A stretch of 32,000 bases of DNA from Mucisphaera calidilacus (lineage in GTDB: Bacteria; Planctomycetota; Phycisphaerae; Phycisphaerales; Phycisphaeraceae): the NCBI RefSeq assembly GCF_007748075.1, contig NZ_CP036280.1, positions 1,200,001-1,232,000 of the forward strand, in the 5' to 3' direction. A program made the position numbers and the translations under genes. The notes under the pieces were generated by a model that saw only the letters and a list, made by a program, of their open reading frames with translations, made no database searches and had not been told where the DNA came from. Numbering within the stretch: position 1 is the stretch's first letter; every line of letters starts with the position of its first letter. Positions 16,508-24,239 of the stretch are shown here, piece by piece.

Positions 16508-18217
16508 TTACCTGGATGCCGGTCCGAGCAGTTGATCGACCCTGCGGAAGGTGTAGCCGCGGCGGCGGAGTTCGTCGATGAGTGTGCCGAGGTGGCGGTA
16601 CATCTTGTCCTCGCGCTGGCCGCCGAGGTGGAGCAGGAGCAGGTGGCCGTTGAGTCCTGTGGGTGATTCGGCCTCGTGGGTCAGGATGTCGTCGAGCATC
16701 TGGTCGGAGCTTCGGAATCTGGGGTGGGATTCGGGCATCCAGTCGCGGTGGGATCCGGTGCCGATGGTGAAGTTGAAGAGGCGGAGGCCCATGTCGTCGG
16801 CCCAGTCGGCGTGCTGCTGGTTGTACCACTCGTAGGGCGGGATGAAGAAGATGGGTTGGCCGGCTGCGCCGCCGAAGGCCTGGAGGTCTTCGATGTTGCG
16901 GTTGAGGTCGTGGGTGAACTGCTCGCGGGTGACGAGGGAGGTTGAGCGGTCATCCCAGGGAGCGTAGAGCAGGTGTGCGTGGGAGTGGGGGCCGAGGTAG
17001 TGTCCTTCGTCGACCATGCGTCGGAGGAAGGGGTGGTGTTCGGTGATGGCGGTGTAGTCGCCTGTGACGAAGAAGCCCGCGGGGACGTTGCGATTTTTGA
17101 GGGTGTCGAGGATGTGCTGTGAGCCGTCGCCATGCTCGCCGGCGGTGAAGATCAGGGCGAGCGCGGGCTGTGTGGGGTCGCCTCGGACGATGCCTCCCTG
17201 GACGATCTCGAATCGGCTGGCGTCGGGCGGGGTTTCGAGGGCGACCTCGGCGATCAGTTGTCGGATGGCCGTCTGGGTTTCGGGTTCGTCGGCGTAGTAG
17301 CGGACGTCGCGCGGCTGGATGGTGAAGTTGCCGGGGTGTTCGGTGAGGGTGTAGTGGGTGCCTTCGAGCGTGCGTGTGTCGAGGGTGTCGTCCTGATCGA
17401 TGACGCGGAGGCGTTTCTGGTCGCGCCAGGTGCGCAGGGCCTGCTTGGCGCCTTCGGTGTCGCCGGTGGTGTAGAGCCAGTAGAGCAGTCCGGTGTCGGT
17501 GTAGGGGGTGCCCATGAGGATCTGCTTGGCGTAGAAGCCGGTGTCGGCTTTCATTTCGGGCGTGAGGTCCTGCCAGGTCCCGCCGGGCGGCGGCTTGGCG
17601 AGGACGGATCGTGTCCAGTCGTGGCTCTGGCCGATCTCGCCGGTGACGTAGGGTTCGAGCCAGAAGTAGCGTTGGATGGCGTAGGGCGAGCGTTGCCCGA
17701 GTTGTTCGTAGGAACGCTGGATGTAGTCGATGATCATCATGGCCTGGACGTCGGGGTGGTCGCGGCAGAAGTCGTTGACCTGTGCGGGTGTCCAGTCGGG
17801 CTGGATGCCGTAGGGCGGCCCGTAGGTTTCGCGGATGTTGCGGACGGTGATCTGCCATGGGCCGATGGTGGTCTGGCCGATCATGTCGGCGGTTTCTTCG
17901 GCGGTGGTGCGTCCCCATCGTTTGTCGGGGTCGTTGAAGAGGATGAAGCCTTCCTGGAGGGCGTGGGCCCAGAGGTCCTCGAGGCCGACGAGGTTGCCTT
18001 CGCCGGCGGCGTGTTTTTGTAGGAGGGCCTCGTAGGCGACTCTGAGGATGACTTGTCCGCCGGGGCCGTAGCGTGTGTCGCCGATGTTGTTGCTGATGCG
18101 TTGGTAGCGGGTGTCGAGGTCGGGCGGGGTGGTGGTCATGTGGGTGGTCGTTGTGGCCGAGCAGCCAGTGAAGAAGAGGATGAGGAGGAGGATGAGTCGT
18201 GGTGATGCGTGTGTCAT
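16508..18217 (-). CDS. Lipoprotein with uncharacterised N-terminal domain and C-terminal CE4-type polysaccharide deacetylase domain
   Basis: Start placed at ATG 18217 (MTHASPRLILLLILFFTGCSATT, signal plus lipobox-like FTGC). The C-terminal region IFTAGEHGDG...VPAGFFVTGDY...GHYLGPHSHAHLLY...FFIPPYEWYN resembles the NodB-homology deacetylase subfamily with an HSxxH motif. The track ORF (to 18808) adds a P/S/T-rich extension that overlaps the next gene out of frame. Confidence 0.8.
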   Translation of the reverse strand: MTHASPRLILLLILFFTGCSATTTTHMTTTPPDLDTRYQRISNNIGDTRYGPGGQVILRVAYEALLQKHAAGEGNLVGLEDLWAHALQEGFILFNDPDKRWGRTTAEETADMIGQTTIGPWQITVRNIRETYGPPYGIQPDWTPAQVNDFCRDHPDVQAMMIIDYIQRSYEQLGQRSPYAIQRYFWLEPYVTGEIGQSHDWTRSVLAKPPPGGTWQDLTPEMKADTGFYAKQILMGTPYTDTGLLYWLYTTGDTEGAKQALRTWRDQKRLRVIDQDDTLDTRTLEGTHYTLTEHPGNFTIQPRDVRYYADEPETQTAIRQLIAEVALETPPDASRFEIVQGGIVRGDPTQPALALIFTAGEHGDGSQHILDTLKNRNVPAGFFVTGDYTAITEHHPFLRRMVDEGHYLGPHSHAHLLYAPWDDRSTSLVTREQFTHDLNRNIEDLQAFGGAAGQPIFFIPPYEWYNQQHADWADDMGLRLFNFTIGTGSHRDWMPESHPRFRSSDQMLDDILTHEAESPTGLNGHLLLLHLGGQREDKMYRHLGTLIDELRRRGYTFRRVDQLLGPASR

Positions 18218-18244
18218 GGCGGACAGGTTAGCGGAGGTGTGCGG

Positions 18245-18286
18245 AAAAAACGTCAAGCCCCGGCTGCCGAGGCAACCGAGGCTTGA
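18245..18286 (-). terminator. Putative rho-independent terminator after the PEP-CTERM protein gene
   Basis: On the minus strand: TCAAGCC(TCGG)...(CCGG)GGCTTGA stem followed by CGTTTTTT. It lies between the stop at 18318 and the next start at 18217. Confidence 0.45.
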
Positions 18287-18317
18287 GTTGGGTGGGGGGC
18301 GATCTTGTTTGAACGGA

Positions 18318-19088
18318 TCAGGCGTTGCGGCGGAGCGCCGTGATGCCAAGGAGTGTGAGTCCTGCGGCGAAGGCGGCGGGCGTCGGGACGGGGGCTGCGG
18401 TGGTGACGGTGTTGAAGTCGCCGTCGGCGAGTTGAGCGGGTTGGTTGAGGTTGTTGCCGATATTGCCGGCGGTGAAGGTGCTGGCGGTGACGCCGATGAA
18501 TTCATCGGATCGGAAGGCGTTGTTGGGGTTGAGGTAGGTGACGATGAAGTCGAAGGAGTCGCCGAGGCTGAGCCCGATCTGTGTGAGGTCGAAGGCGATG
18601 CCGAAGGAAGGATCGGAGGCGTCGCGTGCTCCGTCGGTGCTGACGCCTGCGACGAAGGCGTGGTTGGCGGGGTCGGCGCCGATCGCGAAGAGACCGGAGA
18701 AGGCTGTTTCGATGGTGATGGCGTAGTCGGCCTCGAAGGTGGCGGCGAAGTTGAGGTGGCTGGTCTCGTCGCCGAAGCCCTGCCCGCTGATCGCGGCACG
18801 TCCGCCATCGGCGGTGTCGGTGAGGCCCGAAGTGGAAGCGACGCCGCCGGCGACGGCGTCGATGTAGATGACGGCGGTGTCGTTGAGGGTGCCGGATCCG
18901 CGGTTGAGCGTCATGGCGACGAGGCCCGCGGGGGAGACGTTGACGTCGAGGGTGGCTTCGGAGCCGATGACGTTGCCGAATCCGCTGCTGACGCCCGCGG
19001 CGGTGCCGGTGGTGTTGATGATGATCGGTTCGGCGCAAGCGGTGGCGGCCAGAGCTGCACAGAGCATGCCGGATGCGATGATTTTCAT
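18318..19088 (-). CDS. Secreted protein of unknown function with PEP-CTERM-like anchor
   Basis: Has a signal peptide (MKIIASGMLCAALAATACA) and a Gly/Ala/Thr-rich body with no recognised domain. The C-terminal VPTPAAFAAGLTLLGITALRRNA is a PEP-CTERM variant (VPTP, TM helix, basic tail). Confidence 0.8.
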   Translation of the reverse strand: MKIIASGMLCAALAATACAEPIIINTTGTAAGVSSGFGNVIGSEATLDVNVSPAGLVAMTLNRGSGTLNDTAVIYIDAVAGGVASTSGLTDTADGGRAAISGQGFGDETSHLNFAATFEADYAITIETAFSGLFAIGADPANHAFVAGVSTDGARDASDPSFGIAFDLTQIGLSLGDSFDFIVTYLNPNNAFRSDEFIGVTASTFTAGNIGNNLNQPAQLADGDFNTVTTAAPVPTPAAFAAGLTLLGITALRRNA

Positions 19089-19108
19089 GGGGTTTCCCTT
19101 CCCTGTAA

Positions 19109-19145
19109 CCGTGAGTCTGCTATCGGTGAATCGGAGCCGTGAATC
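19109..19145. repeat. Three direct copies of a 9-mer (CCGTGAGTC / CGGTGAATC / CCGTGAATC), spaced 15 and 13 nt
   Basis: Read directly at 19109-19117, 19124-19132 and 19137-19145, which is 21-57 nt upstream of the PEP-CTERM gene start on the opposite strand. A weaker copy (GGGTGAATT) lies at 19222-19230. Confidence 0.4.
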
Positions 19146-19415
19146 GATGATCTATGAAACAGAATAACCCTCACAATCGTCACAGTCAAACCGTTTTACC
19201 TGCTTCTTTGTGGTCGATTTCGGGTGAATTTTGCCTATATCCCCGGATTGTTCCAGATTGTCGCGCTGGCTCAATCGGAGCAGGAGGCACAGAGTGCAGA
19301 CGTGGTGCTTGTGGCAGGACCGGCATGGATGGAACGCGTTCTCCAGATGGTTTGATGCCTGCGATGCACAGGGGTGACCGGGTCCCCGATAGCTTGGGCA
19401 GAAGGAGTCGTGCCC

Positions 19416-19952
19416 GTGTTCGAGTTCACCGGTCCCTTGTCTGCGAGTCGCCTGCGGTTGCCTGCTTACCTGGTGCAGTGCTTTAATCGTGTGCGTGGTC
19501 CGATTGATGCGGACCTGGCGTACGGCGCGGCGATGTATCGGCTGGCGAGCCTGACCGAGGCCGAGCGTGAGGCGGAACTGCCTTATGCGGAGGCGTGGGC
19601 GCGGCGGCGAGGGTGCGAGTTGAACGCGGACCTGAGGCGGACGCAGCGTGTGGCGGTGCGGATTCCGACGGAGCTAGCGGACTGGTACTACGAGCGTGTG
19701 CCGGCCCCGCCGATCAGTGACCTGGCGCTGGTGGTTCCCTATCTGGCTCAGGGCGTGGTGGCGTCGGAGGATGAGCAGACGATGATCGCCGACCTGCCGG
19801 GCTCGGTGGGTGCGCTGGAGCGTTGGCTGGATGACCGCGCGTTTGCCGCCTGTGTGGCGCGGTTGTACGCGGATGAGGGGCTGACGGCGGACGCGGTGGA
19901 CCTGAGTATCGAGGCTCCGGTCGAGCCGTCGATCGATTCGTTCTGGCCGTGA
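19416..19952 (+). CDS. Hypothetical protein (no recognised domain), probably co-transcribed with the DUF1343 gene
   Basis: ORF with native G-ending codon style. GAAGGAG lies at 19401-19407, 8 nt before GTG 19416. The track start at GTG 19374 or GTG 19410 is also possible. There is a 19-nt gap to the next gene. Confidence 0.55.
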   Translation: MFEFTGPLSASRLRLPAYLVQCFNRVRGPIDADLAYGAAMYRLASLTEAEREAELPYAEAWARRRGCELNADLRRTQRVAVRIPTELADWYYERVPAPPISDLALVVPYLAQGVVASEDEQTMIADLPGSVGALERWLDDRAFAACVARLYADEGLTADAVDLSIEAPVEPSIDSFWP

Positions 19953-19971
19953 TCCGGCTATTCTCGGGCGC

Positions 19972-21144
19972 ATGAGCAAGCGTCGGGACAACGCGGTGGG
20001 GTTGGGGATTGATCGTGTTCTGGCGGGGGAGGTTTCGCTGCCCGGGGCGTCGTCGATCGGGATGCTGACGCACAGCCCGGCGGTGGTGGGCGGGCGTCCT
20101 GACTTGCCTTCATACGCGGCGTTGCACGAGGCGGGCGTTCCGGTGGTGCGTTTGTTCTCGCCTGAGCATGGGCTTGCGGGAGTGGCGGCGGACGGGCAGA
20201 AGGTGGCTGACGGTGTGGACGGTCTCACGGGATTGCCGGTGGTGAGCCTGTATGGCGAGGTGCTGGAGCCGACGGAGGCATCGCTTGCGGGTCTGGACCT
20301 GATGGTGGTGGACCTGCAGGACGTGGGATCGCGGTTCTATACCTACGCGTGGGCGTTATGGCATTTGTTGATCGCGGCGGGTCGTGCGGGTCTGCCTTGC
20401 GTGTTGCTGGATCGGCCGAACCCGATCGGTGGTGTGCCGGGGCGGTGTGAGGGGCCGCTGATGACGCCTGAGTGCACGACGTACCTGGGGCGGTACGGCG
20501 TTCCGGTGCGTCATGGTCTGACGCTTGGCGAGATGGCGCGGCTTTGGGTGGCGGAGGGTGCGGTGGACGTGGGACTGGGCGTGATCCCGATGTCGGGTTG
20601 GGAGCGGTCGATGTTGTGGTCGGAGACGGGGCTGCCCTGGGTTGCGCCTTCGCCTGCGCTTCGGCGAGCGGCGTCGGCGTTGTTGTACCCGGGGCTGTGC
20701 TTTTTCGAGGCGACGAATGTTGGTGTTGGTCGCGGGACGGAGCGTTCGTTCGAGTGTGTCTCGGCGGCGTGGCTGGATGCCGGTGCGGCGGCGGATGCGG
20801 TGATGGCGACGTGGGGCGTGACGGTACAGGCGGAGGCGGTTGCGGAGGGTGTGGTGGTTCTGACGGTGGTTGATGAAGCGGCCTTCGAGCCGGTCTGCTT
20901 CGGGTTGTGGTTGTTGTGCGAAATCAGGCGTGGGCATGACGCGTTCGCGTGGGCGACGTATCCGACCAATGCCCATCCGAGTGGCGAGGACCATCTGGTG
21001 CGGTTGCTGGGGCGGGCGGATGCGCTGGAATTGATCCTGAACGCATGCGCTTTGATCGGGAGCGAACGACAGGTTTTCCTCCGGGAATCCACGAGGTTAG
21101 CTGGCTGGGCTGATCGCGTAACCCCAGTTCTGCTCTACACCTAG
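19972..21144 (+). CDS. DUF1343 family protein (NamZ-like exo-beta-N-acetylmuramidase)
   Basis: The segments GIDRVL, VRLFSPEHGL, PVVSLYG, DLMVVDLQDVGSRFYTYAWAL and LLDRPNPIGG match the DUF1343 family pattern as I remember it. Confidence 0.85.
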   Translation: MSKRRDNAVGLGIDRVLAGEVSLPGASSIGMLTHSPAVVGGRPDLPSYAALHEAGVPVVRLFSPEHGLAGVAADGQKVADGVDGLTGLPVVSLYGEVLEPTEASLAGLDLMVVDLQDVGSRFYTYAWALWHLLIAAGRAGLPCVLLDRPNPIGGVPGRCEGPLMTPECTTYLGRYGVPVRHGLTLGEMARLWVAEGAVDVGLGVIPMSGWERSMLWSETGLPWVAPSPALRRAASALLYPGLCFFEATNVGVGRGTERSFECVSAAWLDAGAAADAVMATWGVTVQAEAVAEGVVVLTVVDEAAFEPVCFGLWLLCEIRRGHDAFAWATYPTNAHPSGEDHLVRLLGRADALELILNACALIGSERQVFLRESTRLAGWADRVTPVLLYT

Positions 21145-21282
21145 TTGGCCCGGCCTGCGAACGGCGATCGCGCTTCAAAAGGTGCTTGCAGGATGATTTG
21201 GAGTCGTTAAGCTCGTAGTGGCTGGAAGTTCGTTAGTTCTGTGTTAAATGCCGGACCTAAACGATCTCAGGGACCCCTCCCT

Positions 21283-21525
21283 ATGCGATTGACAACGGAA
21301 CCCGCGATTCTCGGCTCGGTTGAGTTCACGGTAAGGGCCTCACGGTTCGCCGCGCATCTTGACGCCGATCTCTGCTGGCACTGCAGCGACCCTGAGATTG
21401 AGAACCTGCTTGCGGAGACGTGCAGGGGCGAGGATGAGGCGTCGACCCGGCCCTGGACGGTGCGTTACATGCTTTACACGGCGGCTCAGCGGCTGGGTGG
21501 GCAGGTGAGTATCAACAACAGCTGA
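21283..21525 (+). CDS. Small hypothetical protein with CxxC motif
   Basis: 80 aa from ATG 21283 (94 aa from GTG 21241). Contains LCWHCSDPE. It is followed by a strong intrinsic terminator, which supports it being a real transcription unit. Confidence 0.45.
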   Translation: MRLTTEPAILGSVEFTVRASRFAAHLDADLCWHCSDPEIENLLAETCRGEDEASTRPWTVRYMLYTAAQRLGGQVSINNS

Positions 21526-21554
21526 GTCGTTGATGGATGCCGGGGTTGGTTGAG

Positions 21555-21584
21555 AACCGTGGTGCCGATCACGGTTGTTTTTTT
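21555..21584 (+). terminator. Rho-independent terminator (AACCGTG-loop-CACGGTT + T7)
   Basis: Stem at 21555-21561 / 21570-21576 and T-run at 21578-21584. The T-run overlaps the pstB stop codon on the other strand, so the hairpin may also serve pstB. Confidence 0.65.
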
Positions 21585-22476
21585 ATCCGAATCGTCCGGT
21601 GATGTAGGACTCGGTCTCGGAGAGGTGTGGGTTGGTGAAGATGTCCTCGGTGCGGCCGTATTCGACGAGTCGTCCGAGGTACATGAAGGCGGTGTTGTCG
21701 CTGGCGCGGGAGGCCTGCTGCATGTTGTGGGTGACGATGAGGATGGTGTAGTCGCCCTTGAGTTCCTGGATGAGATCTTCGATCTTGCCGGTGGCGATGG
21801 GGTCGAGGGCGGAGCAGGGCTCGTCCATCAGGAGGACTTCGGGTTCGGCGGCGATGGCTCTTGCGATGCAGAGTCGTTGTTGCTGGCCGCCGGAGAGGCT
21901 CAGGGCGCTGTCCTTGATCCGGTCTTTGACCTCGTCCCAGAGGGCGGCCCCCCGGAGTGATCGTTCGCAGACCTCGTCGAGGATGGAGCGGTCGCGTTCG
22001 CCATCGATGCGGAGCGGGTAGACGACATTCTCGTAGATGCTCATGGGGAAGGGGTTGGACTTCTGGAAGACCATGCCCATGCGTTTTCGGAGTTCGATGA
22101 CGTCGACGTGCGAGTGGTAGATGGTGTCGCCGTTGAGGCGCATGTCGCCGCCGATGCGGACACCGTCGATGAGGTCGTTGAGTCGGTTGACGGATCGGAG
22201 GAGGGTTGACTTGCCGCAGCCGGAGGGTCCGACGAGCGCGGTGACCTCGCCGCGTGGTATCTGCATGGTGATGTCGTAGAGGGCTTGTGCCTCGCCGTAC
22301 CAGAGTTCGAACCCGTCGACGTGGAGGACGCCGTCGATGCTGGTGAGCGCCTCGTGGGTTTCGCTGGGCACGTTGGCACCGCTGGCGATGGCCTCGAGTC
22401 GGTTGCCGGCCCTGACCAGGTCTTCGTTGCCGACGTCGTCCCAGACGCGTCGGCTTTGTGCGGAGGTGTTTTCCAT
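21583..22476 (-). CDS. pstB: Phosphate ABC transporter ATP-binding protein
   Basis: Contains Walker [10 protein letters not shown], the signature LSGGQQQRL, Walker B LLMDEP and the PstB-typical C-terminus ...[10 protein letters not shown]. Start placed at ATG 22476 with GGAG upstream. The track ORF extension to 23220 overlaps pstA out of frame. Confidence 0.93.
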   Translation of the reverse strand: MENTSAQSRRVWDDVGNEDLVRAGNRLEAIASGANVPSETHEALTSIDGVLHVDGFELWYGEAQALYDITMQIPRGEVTALVGPSGCGKSTLLRSVNRLNDLIDGVRIGGDMRLNGDTIYHSHVDVIELRKRMGMVFQKSNPFPMSIYENVVYPLRIDGERDRSILDEVCERSLRGAALWDEVKDRIKDSALSLSGGQQQRLCIARAIAAEPEVLLMDEPCSALDPIATGKIEDLIQELKGDYTILIVTHNMQQASRASDNTAFMYLGRLVEYGRTEDIFTNPHLSETESYITGRFG

Positions 22477-22499
22477 CGGGTGTATCTCCGGGCCATCGT

Positions 22500-24239
22500 T
22501 TAGAAGGCGGCGTTCTTGAATCGCTTGCGCAGCCTGCTGCGGAGCGCGATGGCGAGGATGTTGAGGACGGCGACGATGAGGATCAGCAGGAGTGTCGTCG
22601 TGTAGACCATGGGGCGTGCGGCTTCGGAGTTCTGGCTCTGGAAGCCGAGGTCGTAGATGTGGAAGCCGAGGTGCATGAAGCTTCGGTTGATGCCGAACTG
22701 CTCGGAGGGCGAGAGGCTCAGGGGCAGCTCGGGGGCGAGTTTGACGGCGCCGACGATCATCAGCGGCGCGACCTCGCCGGCGCCGCGAGCCATAGCGAGG
22801 ATGGTGCCGGTGAGGATGCCGGGCATGGCTCGGGGCAGGACGATGCGTTGGATGGTCTGCCACTTGCTGGCGCCGCAGGCGTAGGAGCCTTCGCGCATGG
22901 AATTGGGTACGGCGGCGATGGCTTCCTCGGTGGCGACGATGACGACGGGGAGGGTGAGCAGGGCGAGTGTGAAGGAGGCCCAGATGAGGGCGCCCTTGCC
23001 GAAGGTGGGGTTGGGCAGTTTCTCCGAGAAGAAGATCTCGTCGATCTGAGCGCCGAGGATGTAGCAGAAGAATCCGAGTCCGAAGACGCCGAAGACGATG
23101 CTGGGGACGCCGGCGAGGTTGTTGATGGAGATGCGTACGGCGCTGACGACGAATCCGGCCTTGGCGTATTCGCGTAGGTAGAGGGCGGCCATGACGCCGA
23201 AGGGCACGACGAGGACGCACATGATCATGGTCATGAGGACGGTGCCGAAGATGGCGGGGAAGACGCCGCCCTCGCTGTTGGCCTCGCGCGGGTCTTCGGT
23301 GAGGAACTCGATCCAGCGTCCGAGGTAGACCGAGAGCTTGTCGGCGGTGGTGAGCTGGTTAGCGGGTACGACGCGGACGACGTCCATGAGGCGTATGGCG
23401 GCCTCGTCTCCGTCGGAGGTTTCGAGCACGAGGGTGTAGATGTCGGCGCTGTCGCGGATGTTGGCGATCTGCTGCTTGAAGTCGAGGATTCGGGTGTTGA
23501 TGTCGGCGACGGTCTGGTCGAATTGCGCCTGTGCCTCGGCGGCCTGCTGTTCGCTGGCGGCTTCGCGCAGGGTTGCGTTGAGTTCGAGGCGGGCGCGTTC
23601 CTGGGCGCGGGTGAGCGCGGCGATGTCGTCGCGTTCGATGGAGCGGATGTCGTCGCGCAGGCCGATGACGCCCGGGAGGAAGGCCTCGACCTGATCGATC
23701 ACGGGCTGTCGGCCCTCGGCGACGACCTTGCCCTCGGATTCGAGTCGGACGGGGGTGCCGTAGAAGCGCCCCCACTCGAGCCGCTCGATGAGGACGGCCT
23801 GCTCGGGGTAGGTCTGGCGGGTGACCTGATCGCCGAAGACCCAGTTGAAGTGGGCGTTGGTGCGTTCGTAGTTGCCGGTGCGTACGAGGGCGCGTTTGAG
23901 GTAGCCGTTCTGCTTCTGAGCGGACGCGGTGGCCTGATCGCGGACTTCCTCGGGCAGCTGGTTGAGCAGCTGGTCGTTGATCCGGATGCGTTCGTTGCGT
24001 GTGACCTGGCCGAGCAGGGTGGTCCCGTCGCTGAGTTCGAGCTGGGTGATGGGCATGGGCCAGAAGGTGATCATGCCTCGGAAGAGGACGAGTCCGAGCA
24101 GCCAGGCGACCATGACGAGGGCGAGGGTGAGTCCGCCCGCGGTCAGCCAGACCATGGGTTCGCCGCGCGAGAGCAGCGAGCTCATGGCGTGGTGGGCGCG
24201 TTTGCGTTTCGCGGCGGCCTGGCGTGCTTCCTTGCTCAT
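22500..24239 (-). CDS. pstA: Phosphate ABC transporter permease PstA, long form with ~265-aa extracytoplasmic insert
   Basis: The C-terminal permease core contains the EAA-like region ([32 protein letters not shown]). There is an N-terminal TM helix, then a long hydrophilic insert including a coiled-coil-like segment. Operon position is between pstC and pstB. Confidence 0.9.
   Translation of the reverse strand: MSKEARQAAAKRKRAHHAMSSLLSRGEPMVWLTAGGLTLALVMVAWLLGLVLFRGMITFWPMPITQLELSDGTTLLGQVTRNERIRINDQLLNQLPEEVRDQATASAQKQNGYLKRALVRTGNYERTNAHFNWVFGDQVTRQTYPEQAVLIERLEWGRFYGTPVRLESEGKVVAEGRQPVIDQVEAFLPGVIGLRDDIRSIERDDIAALTRAQERARLELNATLREAASEQQAAEAQAQFDQTVADINTRILDFKQQIANIRDSADIYTLVLETSDGDEAAIRLMDVVRVVPANQLTTADKLSVYLGRWIEFLTEDPREANSEGGVFPAIFGTVLMTMIMCVLVVPFGVMAALYLREYAKAGFVVSAVRISINNLAGVPSIVFGVFGLGFFCYILGAQIDEIFFSEKLPNPTFGKGALIWASFTLALLTLPVVIVATEEAIAAVPNSMREGSYACGASKWQTIQRIVLPRAMPGILTGTILAMARGAGEVAPLMIVGAVKLAPELPLSLSPSEQFGINRSFMHLGFHIYDLGFQSQNSEAARPMVYTTTLLLILIVAVLNILAIALRSRLRKRFKNAAF

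Noticed and set aside
18218-18808. N-terminal 197-aa P/S/T-rich extension of the 766-aa track ORF
   Set aside because: It overlaps the PEP-CTERM gene (18318-19088) in another frame and a putative terminator. A proper lipoprotein signal peptide begins at the internal ATG at 18217.
22477-23220. N-terminal extension of the pstB ORF in the track (545 aa)
   Set aside because: It overlaps pstA out of frame and is Arg/Pro-rich. PstB homology begins only after the ATG at 22476, which has a GGAG upstream.
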